A stretch of DNA of 34,848 bases from a virus (taxonomy: Duplodnaviria > Heunggongvirae > Uroviricota > Caudoviricetes): the IMG/VR virus record IMGVR_UViG_2651869781_000011, one strand, 5' to 3'. Both the position numbers and the translations under genes were made by a program. The notes under the pieces are model-generated. The model worked only from the letters and a program-made list of their open reading frames with translations. It was not told where the DNA came from and did not search any database. This document shows, one piece after another, positions 27,473-34,848 of this stretch. How positions within the stretch are numbered: the stretch's first letter is position 1; every line of letters begins with the position of its first letter.

Positions 27473-27974
27473 AATTCCATCCGGCTTTTTGTTGATATTG
27501 CTGACGATACGCATGCTTGAAAGCAATAGCTTTTTCTATAAGCTCGTCAGTCTCACGCTCCACAACAGCGGGATCTGCCAAAAGCAGACCGGACTCCACC
27601 ACATCGCCATATTCTTTGTTTAACCCGGCGATCATGTACGTAATGCTTTTTCCGTCAGTAATTTCACAATACAACCTGAAATCGCTGATCCGGATAGCCT
27701 CCATAATTGCCGGAATCAGCGCCGTGAATTTTTCCCGCTTATCCCTGGTGTCGATAGCTTTCCAGCGTTCGAATATCTTCACCCGGTTAACGCCCAACGC
27801 CCGTTGATCAACCTCGCCATCATTAAACGTGACGCGTTGAACATCGATGTTCGGGCGTTCTTTCAGAGCCCAGAATGCTTCCGTGATTAATATCGTCGCC
27901 TGCTCCTGTGTCATTCCTGGTCGGCATACCCAGGCATCCAGAGCCTCACAAACCTGTTCAGGGGTGATTTTCAT
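27453..27974 (-). CDS. Hypothetical protein at the cII position (possibly YdaT-like)
   Basis: 173 aa between the Cro-like gene and the O-like gene; family assignment uncertain. Confidence 0.35.
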   Translation of the reverse strand: MKITPEQVCEALDAWVCRPGMTQEQATILITEAFWALKERPNIDVQRVTFNDGEVDQRALGVNRVKIFERWKAIDTRDKREKFTALIPAIMEAIRISDFRLYCEITDGKSITYMIAGLNKEYGDVVESGLLLADPAVVERETDELIEKAIAFKHAYRQQYQQKAGWNYESSFC

Positions 27975-28185
27975 TGTTCAACCGCCCCGCCCGCTTTGCC
28001 TTACGATATTCGTCATAAACTTTGGGGTCGTACTGAAGTTCCCCGCCGGATGCCTCTTGCAGGCGCATCGCGCGACCTTCAGGAACCAGTTCCCCCCATT
28101 GAGAAACAGCAGATGGATCAACACCAGCAGCTTTCGCTACTTTGGCTTTCGTCCCATAAAAATTAATTACGTCTGATTTAAACAT
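27958..28185 (-). CDS. dicC: Cro-like regulator (DicC/YdaS family)
   Basis: 75 aa from ATG 28185 with GGAGGGG SD; divergent from the repressor gene; HTH-like N-terminus. Confidence 0.7.
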   Translation of the reverse strand: MFKSDVINFYGTKAKVAKAAGVDPSAVSQWGELVPEGRAMRLQEASGGELQYDPKVYDEYRKAKRAGRLNNENHP

Positions 28186-28262
28186 CACCCCTCCAAAGTT
28201 GAGTTTTCTCAATAGTAATCACTCAAGGAATCTCAAGTCAAGGGTTATTAAGATATCTAAAT
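28186..28262. promoter_or_regulatory. Divergent promoter/operator region between dicC-like and dicA-like genes
   Basis: TTGAGTTTTCTCA at 28199-28211, CTCAAG direct repeats at 28222-28237; candidate minus-strand promoter TTGACT-N18-TACTAT; no SD before the dicA ATG. Confidence 0.5.
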
Positions 28263-28670
28263 ATGAACGAGAAAACTTTAGGTCAACGAATTAGAGAAAG
28301 ACGCAAACAGGTTGGTTTAAGTCAAAACGATTTAAGCAAAGCCGCTGGCGTATCTGGCTCATCAATTTCACTATGGGAAAGCGACCATACAGCCCCGCGC
28401 GGGCAAAATTTGCATCGCCTGGCTGAGGTATTGCAATGTTCACCAACTTGGATACTGTTTGGTGACGAGGATAAAACACCAGATCCACCAGTTGCACTCA
28501 ACAGCGCCTTAGACTTATCGGAAGATGAGTTGGAGATGTTGCGATTGTATCGCGCACTTCCAAAATCAGAGCAGCAAGCACAAATCAGCGAACTCCGTGC
28601 CCGCGTTGAGAATTTTAATCGCCTATTCACCGAGCTACTAGAAGCTCGCAAACGTAACAAACATCAGTAA
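28263..28670 (+). CDS. dicA: XRE-family repressor (DicA-like, CI analogue)
   Basis: 135 aa; HTH LSQNDLSKAAGVSGSSISLWE; ...VLQCSPTWILFGDEDK... matches DicA as recalled. Confidence 0.8.
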   Translation: MNEKTLGQRIRERRKQVGLSQNDLSKAAGVSGSSISLWESDHTAPRGQNLHRLAEVLQCSPTWILFGDEDKTPDPPVALNSALDLSEDELEMLRLYRALPKSEQQAQISELRARVENFNRLFTELLEARKRNKHQ

Positions 28671-28731
28671 CCCCCTTCACAAATTTTAAAGCCTTACATT
28701 TCAATGTATTGGCTTTATTTTGCATTAATTA

Positions 28732-28783
28732 TTGAGTTTTCTCATTAAAAACACTTGACCAATATTCATGAGAAAACTAAATT
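28732..28783 (+). promoter_or_regulatory. Candidate repressor-controlled promoter for the ydfA-dicF-dicB operon
   Basis: TTGACC-N17-TAAATT (28755-28783) flanked by TTGAGTTTTCTCA (28732-28744, identical to the 28199 site) and an inverted near-copy at 28769-28780. Confidence 0.45.
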
Positions 28784-28860
28784 ACCACCCATCAAGACAC
28801 CGCACGGTGTTCTCAGCAAACAGTTCCGCTACCCCGGCGTTAAGGGGAAATGAGGTCAAC

Positions 28861-29016
28861 ATGGATACTATCGATCTTGGCAACAACGAATCTCTGGTGT
28901 ACGGCGTGTTTCCCAACCAGGACGGCACATTCACCGCGATGACGTATACCAAAAGAAAAACGTTTAAAACCGAAAATGGTGCCCGTCGCTGGCTGGAAAG
29001 AAACTCAGGTGAGTGA
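28861..29016 (+). CDS. ydfA: YdfA-like small protein (51 aa)
   Basis: ATG 28861 with GAGG SD; same size and position as Qin ydfA (recall). Confidence 0.55.
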   Translation: MDTIDLGNNESLVYGVFPNQDGTFTAMTYTKRKTFKTENGARRWLERNSGE

Positions 29017-29017
29017 T

Positions 29018-29146
29018 ATGGATTTCGACACAATCATGGAAAAGGCTTACGAAGAATACTTCGAAGGCCTTGCCGAAGGCGAAGAAGCTCTCAGCTTCAG
29101 TGAGTTTAAACAGGCGCTTTCCAGCTCGGCAAAATCTAACGGCTGA
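29018..29146 (+). CDS. ydfB: YdfB-like small acidic protein (42 aa)
   Basis: MDFDTIMEKAYEEYFEGLAEGEEALSFSEFKQALSSSAKSNG; starts 1 nt after the previous stop; below the ORF-track cutoff. Confidence 0.5.
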   Translation: MDFDTIMEKAYEEYFEGLAEGEEALSFSEFKQALSSSAKSNG

Positions 29147-29175
29147 TAAGCGAAGCAGCACCGCGAGGAATCAGT

Positions 29176-29394
29176 ATGCAGAAACGAGAACCCGTCATCA
29201 TCGCGCCAGACTATACCGATGATGAACTTTATGAGTGGATGCACCAGAAAATTAATGCAGCGCAGGATCTGAAATGGGCCAATGAAGCCAGGGCTAAGCA
29301 GGCTGAAAATCTGTCCGCTCTGGAGCAGGATATCACCAATCTGGAAAAAGCAGCGGCATTAAGCATTGCCAGAATGATTACATACCCGCGTTAA
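29176..29394 (+). CDS. ydfC: YdfC-like protein (72 aa)
   Basis: 72 aa; same size and position as Qin ydfC (recall). Confidence 0.5.
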   Translation: MQKREPVIIAPDYTDDELYEWMHQKINAAQDLKWANEARAKQAENLSALEQDITNLEKAAALSIARMITYPR

Positions 29395-29416
29395 TAGCTA
29401 ACCAACGAGGCTAATA

Positions 29417-29824
29417 ATGGAATTTAAAGATTTACCAAAAGAAATCCAGACAATTGCTGCAACGACTCTCGGTGATAGTCTGGTGAAAATTGACCCGGCA
29501 TACACCAAAAAAGAAACCATCGATAATATGGTTCGTAATGTGCGCAATGCTTTTTCTGGGCTATATGGTTCTGATAATCAAAAGCAGGAAAGCGATGTTA
29601 ATAAACGGGTAATTTCTGTTTGCGTGAATGGCCATGTTCTTTCATCAATCAAAACAGAAACGGCGACAGTCTTCGATTGCCTTTGCATTGTACAGAGCCT
29701 TGTTGATGCCCTGTTTCGTTCAGTGAATTTAGAAAATGATGCAAATCTGCGAGGGCGCACAATAGCACATCCATATGCACATACTTTAGGCTCTGTGGAT
29801 ATCAAAGATCCCACAAATCTTTAA
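29417..29824 (+). CDS. Hypothetical protein (135 aa), AT-rich
   Basis: ATG 29417 with GAGG SD at 6-nt spacing; no recognisable motif. Confidence 0.5.
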   Translation: MEFKDLPKEIQTIAATTLGDSLVKIDPAYTKKETIDNMVRNVRNAFSGLYGSDNQKQESDVNKRVISVCVNGHVLSSIKTETATVFDCLCIVQSLVDALFRSVNLENDANLRGRTIAHPYAHTLGSVDIKDPTNL

Positions 29825-30035
29825 TGAAATAGTTAACGCGAATTGTACTTGCTCTTTCAGTTGCTTTCAGAATACGCGTTGAAACTGCTGGCGGTAATTT
29901 GGTATTCCATTTATTAAAATCATGCCCGGGAAAGTACTCTTCGAAAATACTTTTAACTGCAGACTCGCCTATTGAAATGCTGCTTACCATGCGATTTTGA
30001 TAAAGGCATTTAGCAATAAGAGTTGATTTTAACAT
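29802..30035 (-). CDS. Hypothetical protein (77 aa), convergent with the 135-aa ORF
   Basis: ATG 30035 with strong AGGAGG SD; 3' end overlaps the 135-aa ORF by 23 bp; AT-rich. Confidence 0.5.
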   Translation of the reverse strand: MLKSTLIAKCLYQNRMVSSISIGESAVKSIFEEYFPGHDFNKWNTKLPPAVSTRILKATERASTIRVNYFIKDLWDL

Positions 30036-30368
30036 TCACCCTCCTGAGGGTTGGTAATTAAGGAGTTCTCCACGGGTGAAATGGAGTGCGTGCGCCGGAC
30101 ACGGGTGAACATCCGGCACTGACAGTTTACTGAAAGGATATTTCTCTGAAAAGTCAGAGCATAACGCGAAAGCGCACGGCGAGGTTGCTGGTTCATAGAT
30201 AGCCTGTCGTTAAATTTTCGTCGACCGTGCGCTTCCGGTTGTGGCACTCCGCGAAATGGCGCGGCGGTAAGTATGGCGGGGTTATTCCTTCCCCCGTTGA
30301 GGACACCGGGTTGTCAGGTTGACCATACGCTTAAGTGACAACCCCGCTGCAACGCCCTCTGTTATCAA

Positions 30369-30425
30369 TTTTCTGTGACGTTTGGCGGCATCTGTTTGCC
30401 CATGAACTGATGTCCGCCCTTTTTA
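30369..30425 (+). ncRNA. dicF: DicF-like small RNA with intrinsic terminator
   Basis: TTTTCTGTGACGTTTGGCGG...CCGCCCTTTTT resembles Qin DicF as recalled; GGCGGCATC/GATGTCCGCC stem then T5; immediately upstream of dicB. Confidence 0.65.
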
Positions 30426-30593
30426 AAGTGAATTTTGTGATGCGGTGAATGCGGCTAAGCGCACGCGGAACAGTTAAAGCTAAAAACAGTGTTATGGGTG
30501 GATTCTCTGTATCCGGCGTTAATTGTTAACTGGTTAACGTCACCTGGAGGCACCAGGCACCGCATCACAAAACTCATTGTTGAGGACGCGATA

Positions 30594-30782
30594 ATGAAAA
30601 CGTTATTACCAAACGTTAATACGTCTGAAGGTTGTTTTGAAATTGGTGTCACTATCAGCAATCAGATATTTACTGAAGATGCCATTAATAAAAGAAAACA
30701 CGAACAGGAACTGCTAAATAAAATATGCATTGTTTCGATGCTGGCCCGTTTACGTCTGATGCAAACAGGATGCAGGCAATGA
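30594..30782 (+). CDS. dicB: Cell division inhibitor DicB
   Basis: 62 aa MKTLLPNVNTSEGCFEIGVTISN...ICIVSMLARLRLMQTGCRQ; GAGGA SD; matches DicB as recalled. Confidence 0.85.
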   Translation: MKTLLPNVNTSEGCFEIGVTISNQIFTEDAINKRKHEQELLNKICIVSMLARLRLMQTGCRQ

Positions 30783-30969
30783 ATACGGCATTTGTACTCG
30801 TTCTGACTGTTTTTTTGTTTCTGGTGAACCGATTGATCTTGTTATTGACATACATGACTCAATGGAAGAATGCATGACTGCCGCGGCAGAGCAAAAAATT
30901 CCCGGGAACTGTTATCCTGTCGACAAAATTATTCGCATGAACAATAACGAAATCCCGGCAGGCCTTTAA
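30779..30969 (+). pseudogene. ydfD: ydfD-like gene interrupted by a frameshift at a T7 tract
   Basis: ATG overlaps the dicB stop; frame stops after 32 codons; one extra T in the 30810-30816 run would give a continuous 63-codon ORF. Confidence 0.5.
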
Positions 30970-31061
30970 AACAGCCCCATAATAAATATCCGGTTTTATT
31001 TTTATATGTCAGCAATGGCAGGGATTTGTCCACCCTTAAATCTGTAATGAGGTAAAACAAA

Positions 31062-33542
31062 ATGAGTAAAGTCTTTATTTGCGCCGCCATTCCGGACGAA
31101 CAGGCAACAGCAGAAGGCGCCAAACCTGTGGCCACTGCCATTGAAGCAGGCGACGAACGCCGGGCAAGAGCCAAATTTAGCTGGTTATTTCTGGAACAAT
31201 ACCCGGAAGCTCAGGACTGTGCTTATAAATTTCTTGTCTGCGAGGATAAACCCGGCATGGCCCGCCCTGCTCTCGATTCCTGGGATTCCGAATATATGCA
31301 GGAAAACCGCTGGAATGAGGAGTCGGCTTCCTTTGTTCCGGTCGACCCTGAACCGGACGCAGAAATTGTTAACTTTAATCAGTTATCTGACGACAAGCGG
31401 GCTGCTGTCCTTGTCAGGTTCGGTACACATGAAAACATCACCGTGGATATGGTCATCAATGCAAGCGGGCTTCTCGGCGATGACGAGATGACGACTTTTG
31501 ATGGACACCTCGCTGAAGCAATTATCCGGACCAGAGAAATTAACGCCATGTATCCAGAGCGTCAGATTGAGTACATCAACGATGCCAGACGTGATTTAAA
31601 ACCAACAGCCAAATGGCCCGACGTTCAGGCGTATTTTCTCGAACGTAAAAAACGCATGGAAAAGGAGCGCAAAGAAGGTGGCGCATATAATTCCGTCGTC
31701 GATCTTGCCCGCGCCAGAGTCAACCGGCAAGGCACTGAAAACTCTGCAGGAAAAACTGACTCCGTAACTGCTGTCATTCGTCGCGAATACAGGCAGACAT
31801 GGAAAACACTGGATGAAGAACTGGCCTACGCTTTCTGGCCTGGTGATATTGATGCCGGAAACATTGACGGCAGCATCCATCGCTGGGCAAAAAATGAAGT
31901 TATCGACAAAGATCGCGAAGACTGGAAGCGTATTTCCGCATCAATGCGCAAACAACCTGATGCCGTTCGCTACGACCGTCAGACTATTTTTGGCCTTGTC
32001 CGTGAGCGTCCGATCGACATTCACAAAGATCCCGTGGCGCTGAACAAATACATCACTGAATACCTGGCGACAAAGGGCGTGTTTGAGGATGAAGAAACAG
32101 ACCAGAGCACTGCTGATATTCTCCAGCCGTCAGCAGCACAAACTGATGCAGTGGAAACTGAAGTATCTGATACCCAAAAAAATGAAAGCGCGCTGGAAAC
32201 TGAACCATCTGTAGAGCGTGAGGGGCCGTTCTACTTCCTCTTCACCGATAAGGATGGCGAAAAATATGGTCGTGCAAACAAACTTTCTGGTCTGAATAAG
32301 GCGCTGGCTGCCGGGGCTACTGAAATCACGAAAGAAGAATATTTTGCCCGTAAAAACGGCACGTACTCAGGTTCACAACAAAATACTGGTGCATCTGACA
32401 CGACCGCACAACCAGAGCCGGTAAAAGTTACCGCTGACGAAGTAAACAAAATTATGCAGGCAGCCAATATCAGCCAGCCTGACGCCGATAAGTTGCTTGC
32501 TGCCTCTCGCGGAGAATTTGTTGCAGGGATTAGCGACCCGAATGATCCGAAATGGGTGAAGGGGATTGAAACCCGCGATTCTGTAAACCAGAACCAGCAA
32601 GAATCGGAACAGAACGACCAGAAAGCGGAACAAAACAGCCAAAATGCGTTACAAAACGAGCCAGAAACGAAACAACCTGAGGCAGTAGCGCAACAGGAAC
32701 CGGAAAAAGTCTGCACCGCCTGCGGTCAGAGCGGTGGCGGCAACTGCCCTGATTGTGGCGCGGTGATGGGCGACGCAACATACCAGGAAACATTCGATGA
32801 AGAGAATCAGGTTGAAGTTCAGGAAAATGATCCGGAGGAAATGGAAGGCGCTGAACATCCACACAAGGAGAATGCTGGCAGCGCTCAGGACCACGCCAGC
32901 GATAATGAAACTGGTGAGACGGCAGATCCCTTAATTGTGGTGAACGGTCATCACGTTATCACATCCACCAGCAGAGTGTGGTACCACCTGATGATCGACC
33001 TTGAAACAATGGGAACCAACACCAATGCGCCCATCGTGGTTATTGGTGCGGTTTTCTTCGACCCACAAACAGGGGAAATCGGGCCAGTATTTTATATCGT
33101 TATCAGTCTGACTGACGCAATGAATACAGGGGCTGCTCCTGACGGTGGAACCATCAAATGGTGGCTGAAGCAGTCCAGTGAAGCCAGAGCTGCCATTTTA
33201 ACAGACCAGGTAAAACTGAAGGATGCCCTTTCGCGGTTTCGGGAGTTCATCAACGAATACTCAGATGAAAAATTCGTTCAGGTATGGGGTAATGGTGCAA
33301 CTTTCGATAACGCAATTTTGCGCACCTCATACGAACGTCTGGACATCCCCTGCCCGTGGCGCTACCACAACGATCGCGATGTACGCACAATCGTTGAGCT
33401 GGGAAAAACAATCGACTTTGATGCTAGAACCGTTATTCCATTCGAAGGCGTTCGCCACAATGCACTGGATGACGCCCGTCACCAGGCAAAATACGTTTCA
33501 GCAATCTGGCAAAAACTGATCCCGAATCCGGTTGATTTTTAA
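31062..33542 (+). CDS. RecE-like large protein with C-terminal DEDDh 3'-5' exonuclease domain
   Basis: 826 aa; GAGG SD; C-terminal motifs MIDLETMG, WGNGATFDNAIL, HNALDDARH; central ...KLLAASRGEFVAGISDPNDPKWVKG... recalls RecE; Cys cluster CTACGQSGGGNCPDCG. Confidence 0.8.
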   Translation: MSKVFICAAIPDEQATAEGAKPVATAIEAGDERRARAKFSWLFLEQYPEAQDCAYKFLVCEDKPGMARPALDSWDSEYMQENRWNEESASFVPVDPEPDAEIVNFNQLSDDKRAAVLVRFGTHENITVDMVINASGLLGDDEMTTFDGHLAEAIIRTREINAMYPERQIEYINDARRDLKPTAKWPDVQAYFLERKKRMEKERKEGGAYNSVVDLARARVNRQGTENSAGKTDSVTAVIRREYRQTWKTLDEELAYAFWPGDIDAGNIDGSIHRWAKNEVIDKDREDWKRISASMRKQPDAVRYDRQTIFGLVRERPIDIHKDPVALNKYITEYLATKGVFEDEETDQSTADILQPSAAQTDAVETEVSDTQKNESALETEPSVEREGPFYFLFTDKDGEKYGRANKLSGLNKALAAGATEITKEEYFARKNGTYSGSQQNTGASDTTAQPEPVKVTADEVNKIMQAANISQPDADKLLAASRGEFVAGISDPNDPKWVKGIETRDSVNQNQQESEQNDQKAEQNSQNALQNEPETKQPEAVAQQEPEKVCTACGQSGGGNCPDCGAVMGDATYQETFDEENQVEVQENDPEEMEGAEHPHKENAGSAQDHASDNETGETADPLIVVNGHHVITSTSRVWYHLMIDLETMGTNTNAPIVVIGAVFFDPQTGEIGPVFYIVISLTDAMNTGAAPDGGTIKWWLKQSSEARAAILTDQVKLKDALSRFREFINEYSDEKFVQVWGNGATFDNAILRTSYERLDIPCPWRYHNDRDVRTIVELGKTIDFDARTVIPFEGVRHNALDDARHQAKYVSAIWQKLIPNPVDF

Positions 33543-33608
33543 TGTTCAACCCTGATCGCCGTCTCCGAATTATATTGGCGGCGGTCATGCTGTAAGGCAC
33601 GTGACCAC

Positions 33609-33860
33609 ATGTACGAATTAACTCTATCGCCAGCAGAGATTCAAGAGATCACGAAATACGAGCGATACACAAAACAGCAACACCAGTTAAGGCTGCACGG
33701 TATCCCATTTGTAATCGGTCCTAAAAACGAACCAATAGTTCTTCGCAGGGATATTCCACACGGACTGACTACGATGCCAAAAGCACCTGAACTGGTTTCC
33801 GCTGAACCCGATTTTGAGGCGCTGAACAATGGGAAGACCAAGAAAAAACAAAAAAGATAA
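33609..33860 (+). CDS. xis: Excisionase (lambda Xis-like)
   Basis: 83 aa MYELTLSPAEIQEI... with basic tail; 3' end overlaps the integrase start. Confidence 0.55.
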   Translation: MYELTLSPAEIQEITKYERYTKQQHQLRLHGIPFVIGPKNEPIVLRRDIPHGLTTMPKAPELVSAEPDFEALNNGKTKKKQKR

Positions 33861-34848
33861 TGCACTACCACCGCGTGTTAGATCGAATGGTTACAGTTAC
33901 GTGTGGAAACCCGAAGGAAGCACAAGAACTATAGGGCTCGGAAGAGTACGGGAAACCAGCGTAGCTAAAGTCTGGCAAAATTATGAACTGGAAAAAGCAA
34001 AACTCCACAACATAATGACCGTCGCTAAATTATGGCACATGTTTATGGACTCCCCTGCATTTACAGAACTGGCACCCCGAACCCAAAAAGATTATCGACA
34101 ACATCAGAGGGCGTTGCTGGCGGTATTCGGTAAAGTGCTTGCTGATAATGTAAAAATTGAGCAAGTAAGAATTTTCATGGATAAGCGGGGACTTGAGAGC
34201 AAGACCCAGGCAAACCATGAGCTGGCAAGCCTGAGTCGCGTATACGGATGGGGATATGAGCGTGGGTATGTGAAAAATAATCCATGCAAAGGCGTCAGAA
34301 AATTCACGCTTAAAGCCCGCACTGTTTACATAACCGATGAACAGTATGCGGCGATATACGCGGAAGCAATTCCACAGTTACGCATTGCAATGGAGATTTC
34401 CTATCTTTGTGCGGCAAGGCTCGGTGATGTTCTCGAGCTGAAATGGCAGGATATTATGGATAAAGGGATCTACATTGAGCAAAACAAAACAGGCACCAAA
34501 CAAATCAAGGAATGGTCTCCGCGATTACGTACGGCGATCCAGTTAGCCCGAAATGTATCTTCCGGCATATGCGAGTATGTGATCAGCACAACCAAAGGCG
34601 GGAAAGTCATCGCTAAAACGCTGAACAACTGGTGGAATCAGGCTAAACGCGCAGCCGAGCAAAAAGCAGGCGTTCCGTTCGGATGTAATTTTCATGACAT
34701 AAAAGCCAAAGGGATTTCAGATTATGAAGGCAGCAGCCGCGACAAACAAATTTTCAGTGGGCATAAAACAGAAAACCAGGTGTTGATTTATGATCGCAAA
34801 ACAAAAATCACCCCAACACTGGATTTGCCGCTTGTGGTCAGTAAGTAG
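33829..34848 (+). CDS. int: Tyrosine integrase (lambda Int family), complete
   Basis: 339 aa MGRPRKNKKDNALPPRVRSNGYSYVW...; C-terminal ...GHKTENQVLIYDRK with catalytic Tyr; stop at the last base of the window. Confidence 0.9.
   Translation: MGRPRKNKKDNALPPRVRSNGYSYVWKPEGSTRTIGLGRVRETSVAKVWQNYELEKAKLHNIMTVAKLWHMFMDSPAFTELAPRTQKDYRQHQRALLAVFGKVLADNVKIEQVRIFMDKRGLESKTQANHELASLSRVYGWGYERGYVKNNPCKGVRKFTLKARTVYITDEQYAAIYAEAIPQLRIAMEISYLCAARLGDVLELKWQDIMDKGIYIEQNKTGTKQIKEWSPRLRTAIQLARNVSSGICEYVISTTKGGKVIAKTLNNWWNQAKRAAEQKAGVPFGCNFHDIKAKGISDYEGSSRDKQIFSGHKTENQVLIYDRKTKITPTLDLPLVVSK

Noticed and set aside
30029-30247. 72-aa minus-strand ORF in the GC-rich segment upstream of dicF
   Set aside because: No SD, Arg-rich junk-like translation; the region looks like structured non-coding leader RNA for the DicF-like sRNA.
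32231-32716. 161-aa minus-strand ORF (and overlapping 32373-32894 ORFs)
   Set aside because: Inside the acidic, repeat-like central region of the 826-aa RecE-like gene; low-complexity Cys/Phe/Ser-rich shadow frames.

Overview
The whole window lies inside one lambdoid prophage of an Escherichia-like enterobacterium; neither prophage end is in the window. All calls are from reading the sequence and recalling protein families; no database search was run. From left to right: a lambda-type tail module on the minus strand (J N-terminus, I, K, L, M, tape measure H, T/G chaperones with a -1 frameshift site, Ig-domain major tail protein); an HK97-type head and packaging module (connector proteins, major capsid, prohead protease, portal, TerL, TerS, HNH endonuclease); a lysis cassette (Rz with embedded Rz1, SAR endolysin, S21-type pinholin) with an extra gene between holin and endolysin; two tRNAs (Gly-UCC, Thr-UGU) downstream of a Q antiterminator and a PR'/tR'-like unit; a nin-like region (RusA, DUF968-like protein, small unknowns); a hok-type toxin; replication genes (O-like initiator with ori iterons, DnaC-like loader); a Qin/dic-like immunity region (dicC-like Cro, dicA-like repressor, ydfA/B/C-like ORFs, DicF-like sRNA, dicB, frameshifted ydfD-like ORF); an 826-aa RecE-like protein with a C-terminal DEDDh exonuclease domain; and a lambda-like xis and complete tyrosine integrase at the right edge. 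The best candidate for an undescribed system is an AT-rich two-gene cassette at 21394-23128 (216-aa unknown protein overlapping an XRE-HTH/ImmA-IrrE metallopeptidase fusion, bounded by terminator hairpins). A second candidate is a convergent AT-rich gene pair at 29417-30035 inside the dic operon. Hand-derived coordinates for small features may be off by a few bases.
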